The notes: generated from the letters alone by a model not told the origin. 64,000 nucleotides of DNA from Chrysomallon squamiferum (GCA_012295275.1 CM022665.1:40362001-40426000), one strand, 5' to 3'. Positions 15,416-28,637 are shown, counted from the first letter of the stretch. Numbers and translations are program-made.

Positions 15416-16090
15416 CTCCATAAAATATTAACTTCCCCTCTAGCCCAGTCATCTTTGATTTCTTCCCTAAACAGAACTCTCCTTTATTTCATTTCTAATC
15501 CCAGATCACCTTTATTTATAAAAAATTAAAAAATTTAAACTTTTTTTTTTTTTTTTTTTAACACAGACAACCACCATGTTACGCCGCTCAATATCCCACT
15601 TTCTCAAAACCTTCCCGTCTCTCTATAACACAGACATTATTACATACATAGACACACATTTCTATCAACCACAGGATGGTCTCACCCTACCACGATCAAC
15701 CCCCCTCCCCCCTTCCCCCCCAATTCCTCCAGCACGATCCAGAACGAAGTCACCTGCTAAACAGGAAACACCTTTTTCCGCCCTCTTCAGTATCTAACAT
15801 AAGCGAGAAGTTTAGAATTAATAAGCTGAGAGAGCGAGAGTAATCAATCCCCTATTATATTATATTGTCAGATAAAATCAGGCCGTCGTGTTCCACGTAT
15901 ATCTCTTCAGTAATCTGGGCGGGGATCTAAAACACAGCACGACTGTCCCAGAGTGAAGTAATTGCTATAACGAGAGAGAACGTCGCTTTCCTGTTTATCG
16001 ATTATGTTACTGTTCGGACGTTAGGTCTGCAAAAGTGTGTTATATTTAATGTGATAATTGTATATATTGTTGCTGTTGTTGTTGTTGTTG

Positions 16091-16131
<41 letters not shown>

Positions 16132-16370
16132 GTTGTTGTTATTACTTTAAAAAAAAAAATTGTTTGCTTTTGTTTGTTCTATATGAGGTTTCGTTTGTTT
16201 GTTTGTTTGTTTATTTTTATTTTTTTACTTTTTATTTTTTATTTTTTTCTTCTTTTTTTAATTTTTGGTTGTTATTTTATTGGGTTTTTTTTTTTTTTTT
16301 TTTTTTTTTTTTGTTGTTTTGGGGTTTTTGTTTGTTTTTATTGTTATTTTTATTCGTTATTTTTTTTTTT

Positions 16371-16409
<39 letters not shown>

Positions 16410-16768
16410 CTTTGTATATTTTTTTTTATAAATAGCGCTAATAACCTATGTTACTTGTTAACGATTATATTTTGATATACGCACGACATTCATATAAATG
16501 AGTAAGGAACAGATGTTGTTTTGATGTATAGAATGAATGGTTAAACGTTAGTTAGCTTTGTAACAGTAGATTTGTAATTGTATTGTTTGTAGGTATAATA
16601 TTTCAAATATGTGACCACAACTACAACAGTAAAAATATTAGTTACAAATATTGCTAAAAAAAAAAAAATAAAAAAATAAAAATAATAATAATAATAAAAA
16701 TAAAGAAAAAATAAGAAAGAAAGAAAGAAATTATATTTATTTATTTATTTAAATTATTATTATTATTA

Positions 16769-16845
<77 letters not shown>

Positions 16846-17159
16846 GTCATTATTATATTACAAAAGTTTAGTCAAGAAGGGATCGTTTATGAAAGTTGCA
16901 CCATGTTAACGCGCTTTTAGATATTTTAACTGTTTCCCGTTATATTATTATTTTACTTTTTGTCACATTGGCACTGACAAAACATCTCTGTATTTACCTT
17001 TCCACAAACCCTGGCTTCAGTTAGCGTATTTAACTCTGCGATGAATAATTTCTTGTTGAGATGCCAGGATATTCAAAATGGCTGTCACCATCTTTTCTTT
17101 GTTTCTTTATTTTTATTTATCTTTATTTTATTTTATTTTTTATTTTATTATTATAATTA

Positions 17160-17211
<52 letters not shown>

Positions 17212-17341
17212 GTTATTTCTTTCATTCTTTCTTTCTTTGTGTATATTTACTGTTAGTCCATTTTTAATTTCCAACATAAAATTTTAACTGAAAATGGAAG
17301 CACACACACACTTATACGCACATAATATACATACGCATACA

Positions 17342-17403
<62 letters not shown>

Positions 17404-17526
17404 CCCACACATTTTATCTTTAAAACCAATTATCTATGACCAATCGCTAAAAAGGCCTGTTTACAATACTACTTACCTTATCACTTACGATGTTACTGTA
17501 TTGTATAAAACTTTTAATATTGTAGG

Positions 17527-17751
17527 ATGACAACAATGGAACCTGGGGGAGGTGCGGACGGTGCGGGTTTCTTCTCTTTCTCTGACGCCTGTGGTTCCCG
17601 CTTAGAACAGGCCGCTGCCGTAGCTGCTGAAACTAAGAAACTAACGCCTCTGCTGAAGGAAGAACTAAGACTTCAAATATTAACAAAGCGACTCGCTAAC
17701 GGCAAAAGTGACAGTGAACTCGAAACTAAATCGGAACCAAAGTCGTATAAA
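17527..17751 (+). CDS. bZIP gene 1 (ATF3/JDP2-like, AP-1 superfamily), coding exon 1
   Basis: Acceptor tgtag ends at 17525, ATG at 17527, donor GTAAGT at 17752 (phase 0). Encodes LTPLLKEELRLQILTKRL, resembling the ATF3/JDP2 N-terminal KEELR motif. Confidence 0.88.
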
Positions 17752-17894
17752 GTAAGTCAGTTAGACATACTGTGTGCGTGTATGTGTGTGTATGTGTATG
17801 TGTGTGTATGGGTGTGTATGTATGGGTGTGTATGTATCCGGATAGACGGATGGATGGATGCATTGATACATTCATACCTACGTATATATTAACA

Positions 17895-18150
17895 TACAGA
17901 CACAGACACAGTCACAGACAGACCGACCGACACAGACACAGACACACAGACACAGACACAGACACAGACACAGACACAGACAGACAGACAGACACAGACA
18001 CAGGTACAGACAGACAGACAGACAGACATAGACACAGATAGACAGACCGACACAGACACAGGCACAGACACAGACAGACAGGCACAGACACACAGAGAGA
18101 CACACAAACCGACAGAGAAAACACACACACACACATTCATTCATTCATAC
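17895..18150. repeat. (ACAGAC)n/(AGAC)n intronic microsatellite
   Basis: Direct reading; lies inside intron 1 of bZIP gene 1. Confidence 0.9.
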
Positions 18151-18260
18151 GGTACATATTATCACAAAACTGGACAATTATTTACTAAACTCTTTTTGCA
18201 GCCAGCATTTTGCCAGTTCGAGATCAACGTCCCATCGCTCTTAATTTATTTTTCTTTCAG

Positions 18261-18368
18261 CTTCGCCCAGACGAGATCGAGAAAAAACTGCGACGGAGAG
18301 AACAAAATCGAGTGGCGGCCCAGAAATGTCGACAGAAAAAGAAAATGTGCCAAAAGTACTTGTTTCTG
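18261..18368 (+). CDS. bZIP gene 1, coding exon 2 (basic region)
   Basis: tttctttcag acceptor and GTATGT donor at 18369; 108-nt phase-0 exon LRPDEIEKKLRRREQNRVAAQKCRQKKKMCQKYLFL with the NxxAAxxCR signature. Same size as the basic-region exon of Fos/ATF3 genes. Confidence 0.93.
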
Positions 18369-18774
18369 GTATGTGTCTTCATCAGCTTGTTAATTTTACC
18401 TTTTGCTTGTCAGAATTTCGGATGGAGCGGTGCCATTTTCTATAATGCGGGTCTGTGAGTGAATGAGTGAATGGATGAATTAATAGATGACTGAATTAAT
18501 GAGTAGATAATTGAATAAAATGAATTAATAAATGCACAAGACAATGACGATGATGATGGTGGTGGTGATAGAGATGATGATGGTGGTGATAGAGATGATG
18601 ATGGTGATGATAATGATGATGATTCTGGGAAAAGGTTTTAAAAAAAAACACCCCAAAAAAAAAAAAAAAAACACGAAGAATTGTTAGAAACTGAATTAAG
18701 ACAAGGAATATTTATTTGTGCATTTTTGTTGTCATTATGAATGAGAAAATCAACCCCATGATACATATAAATAA

Positions 18775-18816
<42 letters not shown>

Positions 18817-18900
18817 GTTGTTGCTGTTGTTGTTGTTGTTGCTGCTGCTGCTACTGTTGTTGTTGTTGTTGCTGTTGTTACTGTTACTATTATTATTTAG

Positions 18901-19116
18901 GAATTCCAAAGACAACAGCAAAGGAACAGAGAACTGGAAGAACAAGTTAGACAACTCCGTTTTGAAAAATCTGAACTTGAGGCGTTTATTCAGGACCACT
19001 TTGCTTCCGGGGCATGCGCCATGGTGAATATCGAGAACGACGCAGGTTTTGTTAGCAGCTGCAGTTTAGCCGACTTCGGATTTCTCGAAGATGTTCTCTC
19101 TTTATCCGAAGACTGA
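18901..19116 (+). CDS. bZIP gene 1, coding exon 3 (leucine zipper and short acidic tail)
   Basis: tatttag acceptor ends at 18900; reads EFQRQQQRNRELEEQVRQLRFEKSELEAFIQDHFASGAC...LSED then TGA at 19114-19116. Not in the ORF track. Spliced protein is about 182 aa. Confidence 0.88.
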   Translation, partial: EFQRQQQRNRELEEQVRQLRFEKSELEAFIQDHFASGACAMVNIENDAGFVSSCSLADFGFLEDVLSLSED

Positions 19117-19442
19117 TTTATTAAGAGCTTCAGTACTTCGAATTCTGTTGTGCCATGTAAACAGAACATAAAAAACAACAAAAAAACAACAACATTTAAC
19201 TCCTCGACATATTGTTGGTATATATAACTGTAAACAGTTATGACAGACGTTTAGACAACTGAACGAAGTAAATGTAGCCTTCAGCCACAAAGAAAACTTT
19301 CACGTGAAAAACACTAAACAAAGGCTTGAAAACACGTGTTTTTATTATGACTGTAACTCATAATGGAATGTAATTGTTTTAAGCACGTCTACTTAAACCT
19401 CAGATACATATAAATATATATAAACACTCACACGCACTAGTA

Positions 19443-19794
19443 CAGGGGTCACCAAACCATTTTTAACATGAGAGCTATTTCACAGGTACTGAGTGATACG
19501 AAGGGCTGTTAGTTTGTTACGCCCTTCTGAATAACAAATATGTTCAGCTTATCTTTAGTTATATATTATAATTAATGATACCCATCTATGTGAGGACACT
19601 GATCAAGTTAATGATTTCTCACAGCAATTATCGCCAGTGACTTAACAAGGTTGGAAACAGATAATATCAATATTCAACCTTTAATTCTATTGACCTGTGT
19701 AATTGTTTAAATATTTTAGGAACAGGCCTACGGGTGACTCATGTTGTTCTTGGGGGCAACGTGTTGCCCGCGGTTACCGTGTTGGTGATCCCTG
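19443..19794. mobile_element. Non-autonomous hAT (Charlie/Buster-type) MITE, 352 bp
   Basis: TIRs CAGGGGTCACCAA and TTGGTGATCCCTG; perfect 8-bp TSD CACTAGTA at 19435-19442 and 19795-19802, with central TA. Confidence 0.92.
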
Positions 19795-20049
19795 CACTAG
19801 TATATAATATAATTGATTGTTATTGATTAACTGATTCTACAAATACGTCATGGCCGTAACTTGACTGTTTTAGAAATGAGGCAAAAAAAAAAAAAAAAAA
19901 AAAAAAAACAGTTAATAATTTGGGCGAGGGGTTGAAAGACACAAAATCCTAGATTCTAGCCATTTCCCGGCATTTTTATATCCTAGTTCAGTAAGCGTGA
20001 CGCTTATATTTTATATATATATTTTTAAAATAAATTCGTAGAGATTTGT

Positions 20050-20081
<32 letters not shown>

Positions 20082-20980
20082 AAATAAAATCGTAGAGATT
20101 TATATTTTATATATTCTTTTTTAAAAAATAAAATCTTCGTATAAAAAAAATAATAATAATAATAATAATAATAAAATAAAATATAAAAAAATTCGTCAAT
20201 TTCGGTATGAGGTGATTCCCTCCTTTACGTCAATGTAATTACGGCCATGTACGGGTTAAAATATTTTAAAAAAAATACTTTGTCTTCTTTGTTTTTCTTC
20301 TTCTTCTTCTTCTTATTATTATTATTGTATTATTATAATTACTATTACTGTTAGTAATAATAATAATATTATTAATACTATTACTATTACTATTATTATT
20401 ACTGTTATTATTAATACTATTGTTATTACTATTATCATTATTATTATTATTACTACTATTACTATTATTATTGTATTATAATTATTATTATTACTATTAA
20501 TAATAATAATATTATTATTATTACTATTATTACTATAATTATTATTATTATTTTTATGATTATTATTATTATAAACATCAATCAAACTACACGTGTTCTC
20601 GTGCGATGTTTATTACGGGTGACATACAGAAAAAGCTAATCAAGTGTCACATTGTTCCATTTTTAGGATGTTTTCCTTCTGCAATTATATGCAAACCAGT
20701 TTATCGGCACAATGTGTTTGATCGAACAAATAGGACATGCTGTATGACAGAGAAATATTTTTATCTGAACGTATATGAACGAAACATCTGTGACGGATTT
20801 CCTCTAACTCCACGGCACATGTCAAATAAGAAGGCAGGTTCACAGAGAACTAACTGTGTAAGGCTAGGAGAAGCGAGCAAGCATGATCGCAGAGATAGCA
20901 GAGCGACTGGAGGAGAGAGTAAATGGTAGATGGAGAGGCGAGTGAGTGCGGGGGATGAGGTGAGAGCGTGGTGATAGCAG

Positions 20981-21042
<62 letters not shown>

Positions 21043-21185
21043 TGTGTGTGTGTGAATGTGGGCATGTTGTGTTTGTTCGTGTGTTAGTATGCGAGTTAAT
21101 GAGTGTGTTAGCGCTCGCGTGCGCGCATATATATGTGTGTGTGTGCGCGTGTGAGTGGGTTTGTGTTTGTGTCTGTGTGTACATA

Positions 21186-21216
<31 letters not shown>

Positions 21217-22931
21217 AAGTGTGACATCACTGAAAGAAAGAAGAACGAAGGAAATAGAGGATGGAAGGAAAGGTTAAACCTGAGAGAGAGGGAGGTATGG
21301 TAAGACTGTTAAAGAAGTGTAGAGGGAAAGGGAGGGGCAGACAGACAGACAAATAACAAACGAGAAAAGTGGGAGAAGTTCGCATCCAGAGTTAAAGAGA
21401 CAGACAAATAAAAAATAAAAATAATAATAAAAATTGAGAGACGAACATAATAGTTACATGACTTTTTACAAAAAATAAGAACTGCCATTTATTTCATTGC
21501 TTTTGCTGAAGTTCGTTGAAGTTCAAAACACGCGTCAAATCCAATTCGACTGACATAAGAAATGACTGTTCAGTCTCTGTTGATCTGTTCTTGATTATAA
21601 AAGTTTTATTATACATTGATGTATCTAGAATTGTAAAAAAAAAAAAAAAAGAAAAAAAAAAAAAAAAAAAGGCCTTTCAGCAACTGGTCACAAACAATTC
21701 TTGATCCACACCAGATTCTAAAATATTATCGTTCTCCCAGTTATTTGTCGCCGGCAGAGTTAGACAATGTCAGGAACACAGACCTTTCTCCCTCAAGTTA
21801 TGGAGAAAATATTATATAATGTTAGACAATTTTGTCGTCAGTATGCACACTTGAAAACGAGGCTCAGTGGTGGTAGGTGGAACGACTTGCCAAAGCCCAC
21901 CCGACAGAAAAAAAGAAACCAACAACAACGAAAATAAATAAATAAAATTAAATTAAATTAAATTAAAGAGAAACGACGTGTGCCAGTTTGATATATATAT
22001 TATATTTATTTTATTAACAACACTTTCGTTTCTATTTTTTATTTATTATTATTATTATTATTATTTTTTTTATGCTGGTCGTTTGTGCCATTCTAACTGC
22101 AGAGCCTTGGTTGGCTACCCTTAAAATTGTAAGCCCACATGAAACTAGATTAAATTTATCATTAACCAGAATACGAATCATACTATTATCAATACACTAT
22201 CATTAAATACATATGTTTAATCAAAACAGATTTGTTAACTTTTTGTACCACTCGATCGACCTTTGACACCAGTTAAATATCAATGTTTCAGAGACCGCCC
22301 ACCTCGACACACTTTATTTTATGACACACGTGGTCGTATGACGCAAGACTGGGCAGAATAGCCTCGTCTCCATTACGGAAGAACAAAAATCAATAAGATT
22401 TTCTTCTGTTACTTTTTATAGATTGTTACGTGTAATCTCCAACGCTGGATGTACATGAATACTCTTAACATAACATTAACATACATTTGAATAATTATTA
22501 AGCTAGTATCACTGTCTCCGAAACGTTAAGCTAAAAGAAGACAACATACGCTGTTTCCGTGACAGCGGTCCTCGCAAGACACACGACCTTTGACCGTCCC
22601 TTTAACAGAGGCTCCACGTGTACGTACGATCTTGGCAGGTTGCCATTATCGAAGCAGACGACAAACTGCTATGCAGAATGGGGAAAGAAAATAAAAATAA
22701 CAAAAAAAATATATATTGTCCATGTGTCGCGTGTTGCACCGTCGAAAAACTTGGCAGCATGCCTACATGTATACCTAAACGTCTATTATTTACGAAAAGA
22801 TTAAACCTAATATTGTCTAGTTACTGTATGCAGTATATAAAATAAAAATTAGTGTTTCACCTGCGAAATGAATTCATCTTGTTTATAAACAAAAAAAAAA
22901 AAAAAAAAACACTAATTAGACCGAAAATAAA

Positions 22932-22994
<63 letters not shown>

Positions 22995-23461
22995 TATAAT
23001 AAATAAAATAAAATAAAAAAGTACTAAAATACTACCATTACTACTACTACTACTAATAATAATAATAAGAAGAAGAAGAAGAAGAAGAAGAAAGTAGGTT
23101 AATTATTAAAAATTATATTTTAATGCATACATGGCCGTACTACATTGATTTTATTTTATTTTATTTATTTATTTAATTTATTTATTTATTTATTTTTTGT
23201 TGTTGTTGTTGTTTTTTGTTGTTGTTTTTAATACAAAGTTTTTATTTTTAAAATTATAGAATATAAATCTTTATTCCGATAGAAACGGTACCCACTGAAT
23301 GAATTCATTTAAGTCTACGATTACCGTTTGAAGTCAACTGCCATCGTTGTGATGAAAGACATAACTGACTTCAAAGACATCAGACATCAAACAGGTTTAT
23401 CGAACAGCGGGGAGGGGGGAAGAGGGAAGAGAGATAAAGGGATAGTGGGGAGAAAGAGGGG

Positions 23462-23533
<72 letters not shown>

Positions 23534-23863
23534 TGCTGATCCAATTAATAACATTAAGGTTTTCTTTTGAAATTTATTTTATTTTATGTTTAGACATTAT
23601 TGTCATTTTTTTCTGTATTTTATAAAACTTATAAGAAACTAGTTCTAACTGGCCTGTTTTGTAACACTAGGAATTTATATTTATTATGTTTTATTATTAT
23701 TATTATTTTTTTTTTTTATTTTTTTTCCCCCTCCCCGTTCTTTTGCACGATCTAGGGTCCGTTCAAGAATTATGTGGGCACAATTTTAACGGTTAACCCA
23801 AGTTTTGTTTATTACGTCAGCCATCAAACTTTTCTCTGGTTTCCACGATAAAACATTAAACAA

Positions 23864-23912
<49 letters not shown>

Positions 23913-24511
23913 AATAATAATAATAATAATAATAATTCTATGTAGAACGGGCGACCGTTTTAATAATTCATATGTTATTCAATTTTCTTCGTCATCAGCG
24001 AAACGCTGTCAGAGTTACGCATTACGAAAATTTGCTCTCCTAAACTGATTAACTCGAATTTTTATTATTGATAGCCCTCATCGGCAGCCGCCCTAAAACA
24101 AATCACTCGCCTTAAAAGTCAATGTACGAATTTAATGTTCGTGAGAAAAAGAATATTTTATCTCTGGGAAGAGACCGCAATGGAAATTCGCACTCACGAT
24201 GGCTGTCCTTTAAACAACGAATAATCGAGTTATCTTTCCATTAACTGGTTTGATAAATTAGTTAAAACTGTAATTTGTGTTTTTTATCGGAAAAGGAATT
24301 TGCAAATAATAATTTCTCGGTGATGAATTTAACAGATGTTTTGTTACTTTACCTGATTAAGAGATTTCTTAACTGCTCGTAATTTGATCATGCTGGTGTA
24401 CGTGGAATAATATCTTTTTCTTCTTCTTAAAAAAAAAAAAAAAAAAAAAAAAAATTATTATGTCTGGGACCAGTTAGTGTTCACTGTTGAAATCATAAAA
24501 TCCTACGGAAG

Positions 24512-24755
24512 TAAGGATATATTAAAGTAATACAACATAGAAATAAGGATATATTTAAGTAATAATACATAGAAATAATGATACATAAAAGTAAAGATAT
24601 ATTTAAGTAATACAACATAGAAATAAGGATATATTTAAGTAATAACGAACAGAAATAATTATGTATAAATAAGGATATATTTAAGTAATAATACGCAGAA
24701 GTTAGGATATACAGAAGTTAGGATATATTTAAGTAATAACACCCAAAAGTAAAGA
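24512..24755. repeat. Degenerate ~32-bp minisatellite (AAGGATATATTTAAGTAATA... core)
   Basis: About six core copies with interspersed half units. Confidence 0.8.
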
Positions 24756-25052
24756 AATGTGACATACTGTGTACAGAAAACTATTATTAGGTTAATACTG
24801 CGAGTTATGTTTTAAAATCCCAATGAGGACATAGTACACATATTGAATTTAACTCGGTGACAAACGATCCAAGATAATATATGTTGAGCTAAACTATGTA
24901 CATGTATAACCAACTCAGAGGAAAACGATCTTAAGCAATACGTTATGTGTGAATACATTCGGAAACTGGGTTTGTGTGTACGTGCGTTTGTTTGTGAGTG
25001 TGTATATACGTGTGTGTATGTGTGAATGCATGTGTGTGAGTGTGAGTGTGTG

Positions 25053-25097
<45 letters not shown>

Positions 25098-25403
25098 ACG
25101 CACGCGTGTATGTGTGCTTGTGGATGAGGGTGTTTTTCTGCCTATCTTTCTGTGTATTTCTGATATGTTTCGTTCGCGTAATATTAACGACAAGATCGTA
25201 ACTTTAAATCTAGACTATCGATTCGCACTGTTTGAACTGGTCCAGAAACTGTTAGGGCATTGGCTTAGTAATGAAGACATCATATGGTGAAACGTATTTT
25301 AAAAAAAACAAAACAAACATAATGCATTGTGCAAATAAGTTATGCTCCAATACTACATACAGAGGTTACTAGCCTTTTGGAGAGGTTTTTTCCTTCTTCT
25401 TCT

Positions 25404-25442
<39 letters not shown>

Positions 25443-25528
25443 TAGACACATACATTATTAATCTTATTTATATCTGTATATCTGTATGCACGCATGTTTG
25501 TATTTACGTAAAATAGGTTATATAAAAA

Positions 25529-25601
<73 letters not shown>

Positions 25602-25837
25602 CAGGGTGTCCACAAAGTCTGGGTACATAAGTAAAATAAATAGGTTGTCTATTAGGGTGTCTAAGGTTGAATTCTTCTGCAATTTTGCGATAAGACCATC
25701 CTTCTCTTCCACTTAAGAGTACCAACTCGATTCTTTCTTCTTTAGACAGAGCCATCATTCGATCTGGGTAAGAAAAATAACACAAATAAATAACATAGTA
25801 AAATTCCCCATGTACCCAGACTTTGTGGACAATCCTG
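25602..25837 (-). mobile_element. Internally deleted Tc1/mariner-superfamily element, 236 bp, retaining the transposase N-terminus
   Basis: ~27-bp TIRs CAGGGTGTCCACAAAGTCTGGGTACAT and ATGTACCCAGACTTTGTGGACAATCCTG, with TA on both flanks. Minus strand encodes MALSKEERIELVLLSGREGWSYRKIAEEFNLRHPNRQPI, an HTH-like Tc1/mariner N-terminus. Inserted in (TATC)n. Confidence 0.88.
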
Positions 25838-27427
25838 TATCTATCTGTCTACGTGTCTCTATGTATGGTTGTCTGCATGCGCTTGCGTCAAATATAACAT
25901 TTATGTAACGTGTTTCTGTGTATGTATGTATATATGTGTACGTACCTGCAAACATATATATATACATACACCCACACATACACACACACCCACATATATA
26001 TATATATGGACATGTATGTATAATAAAAGGGTAGAATATTTAAACATGTGACTGTTCATCAGTAAATACCCGCTACTCAGTTTCCGCCTACTGGGGTACC
26101 GACCACGTGCATATAAATCTAGATTTAAAAATTAATCAGTTATATATATATATATCAATTCTTAGAAGCCTCGTTCCTTACAAAAATAACTGATTACTTC
26201 TGCGACATATTTCTCGGAAATCACTGGCAAGATGCCAGTCAATCTTTCGTTGTAGTACACAAAGCTATTTGCATGTTATCATGCATTATTAATAAATAAC
26301 AATCAATGTGAAATAGATAAATAATGTAAAATATCGCTGTTAAAATATTAGATAAATATAGGCGAATAAACACCTGTATGCACAACTTGCAAACATACGT
26401 AATTAAGTAGTGTACATACATATCTATACATACCTAACTGAATACAAAGTTATATATAAATACAGACACGTGGGTATATATAGTAACGTTGCGGTTTTTA
26501 CGCGAATTTTATTATTACTTTCATATAATGTACTAACCACTTCTGTTAAAATGACCCAAACCGCGTGAAAAATGAAATAATAATCTTAAAATCGCATATA
26601 AAAAAGTGTATTTTCAGATATATTACAAATATAAACGTATATATATATTTACCTGTACTACTTAGTAACGATCACGTGACAATTTATTAAAGTTCGCGGA
26701 AACTCAGGCACTTTACGGTAGATATTTGCCAAACAGATCCTATAAATCGTAAAAAAAAAAAAAAAAAAAAAAAAAACTTGTGGGTTATACACGTGTATGT
26801 GTATATATATATACTTACTTGATTACTTACTTACTTACTTATGCATTATCAGTTCTAGACGGTATGGTATTTCTTTAATCACTGGACTGTGTTACACAAA
26901 GTGTTTAAATTCCACCAAACTTGATAATCGCAAGTTCAGTTTCTTTCATTACACAAAGTGACCGTGGCGTGTTGCCCGCCCCACTGTTTGTTTGTGTACA
27001 CACCGTATTTATTACTACACACTTTCCCAGTATCAAATTTAGTCTAATTAGCCTGTATACAAGTACATAAGTAAAAGGTTTTTCTTGCATCATTCGTCAA
27101 AACATAGCGACCTGTCGTTCACCTAACACGACGAAGTAACATAAAAATGAGACAAGAATTCGTTTTATACAAGTAAAGATAAACCAACGGGTTGTTTTGT
27201 CCTGCTACTAGTAGTGATGAGTGACCTTTGACATGTTTTTTTTTTTTTTTTTGTTTTTTTTTTGGGCTCATCATTAAAATGTATATAATTTTGTTTTAAA
27301 GATATGTTCAAATTTAAATTCAGCTCATGAAAACTGGGTTAAAATAATAATAAGAAGAGTAATAATAACGTCAATTGTTATTGACTAGATTAGATTTAAA
27401 AGTATCGAATTACGTGGTATATTTCGT

Positions 27428-27476
<49 letters not shown>

Positions 27477-27639
27477 GCGTGTATTTTATATGTGTGTGTG
27501 TGTGTGTGTCATTGCGTGTGTTTGTATATCTGCGTGTATGTTTTTTTATGTGTTTATTCATTACTCAATGCATCGTGATACAAAACGACAGTAATAAAAG
27601 CCACTATTAACTTTACATGACATATATTATCACTGCTCG

Positions 27640-27800
27640 TCTAGTTACAGGCGGGAAAATGAAGGCGGGAATTCCCCTGTTTTTGCTTTCTCTGGCTGAG
27701 TAATGCTGAGGCAATCAGAACGCAGCTCTGTGGCGCAAAAAAACCGCAGTGTCACGTGACATTCAGAGGCGTTCCTATTTTCTGTTGCACTATTGGATAT
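27640..27800 (+). promoter_or_regulatory. Candidate promoter of bZIP gene 2 with kB site and palindromic E-box
   Basis: GGGAATTCCC 27667-27676, TGTCACGTGACA 27750-27761, TGCTGAGGCAAT ~27704, ATTGG ~27792; GC-richer than the surroundings. Confidence 0.55.
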
Positions 27801-27839
27801 GAAAGCGCCTCGTTTTCGATTGATCTAGGTGTCTTACTA

Positions 27840-27946
27840 CAGACAGCGTAAAGTTGACACAGTCTGCGGGCGTTCGCCGAAGCAACAGGCAGCATTTTTT
27901 TCTGTTTTTCGTAATCTTATAGCTGGATATTCATTGGAGAGTGCAG
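27840..27946 (+). other. Putative 5' non-coding exon of bZIP gene 2 (start approximate)
   Basis: CAG|GTACGT donor at 27947 just downstream of the promoter-like motifs. The coding exon at 29351 has a splice acceptor 1 nt before the ATG, so an upstream exon is required. Confidence 0.45.
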
Positions 27947-28431
27947 GTACGTTGCATATTGTACTTTAGTATAATATTTTAAGTGAACTAATGTTGTATT
28001 TAGATAAACGTTTAAGTTTAAAAACATAATTAAAAGACTCGAGTCGCCAAAACGGAAATAGGTTTATATCGGCTTCATTCACGCTTCATTCACGCTTAAT
28101 TTTCAGCGTATTCATCGGTATGTTCGTCTGTGTTATTACTTCTGTAACAGAAAATTACTAATATATATATATACAGTTGTGTGTGTGTGTGTCTGTGTTT
28201 GTATGTGTGTGTGTGTGTGTTCGTGTTGATATGTGTGTGTGTGTGTATATTTATACATAAACTTATCTGTTACGGTTAAACACAATTATGTTGAGAGTTC
28301 AATTCTGTATTAGTAATGTCGAATTTGAAATTTATGTACTTACAAAGTACATGTTTGTGTGTCTGTCTGTCTTTCTGTATGTATATATGTATGTAGGTAT
28401 GTGTTTATGTGTGTAGATGTGTGTATATGCA

Positions 28432-28462
<31 letters not shown>

Positions 28463-28606
28463 TAAAGCAGGAATGTTATTATCTTTATCATCTTTGGTAC
28501 GCTACAGATATATATATATATTTAAATAATGTATTATAATATTATTCCGTTATCTTGTTGCATTGCGCGCAAATGCTATAACTAAGAAAAACAAAATAAT
28601 AATAAT

Positions 28607-28637
<31 letters not shown>

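Noticed and set aside
9197-17530. Many poly-I/L/T/V/Y ORFs
   Set aside because: Translations of TTA/TAG/CTA microsatellites that lack stops in some frames.
17752-17892. ORF read-through past exon 1 of bZIP gene 1 (and similarly the flanks of 29262-29909 for gene 2)
   Set aside because: Consensus donors at 17752 and 29565 followed by microsatellite sequence show these extensions are intronic.
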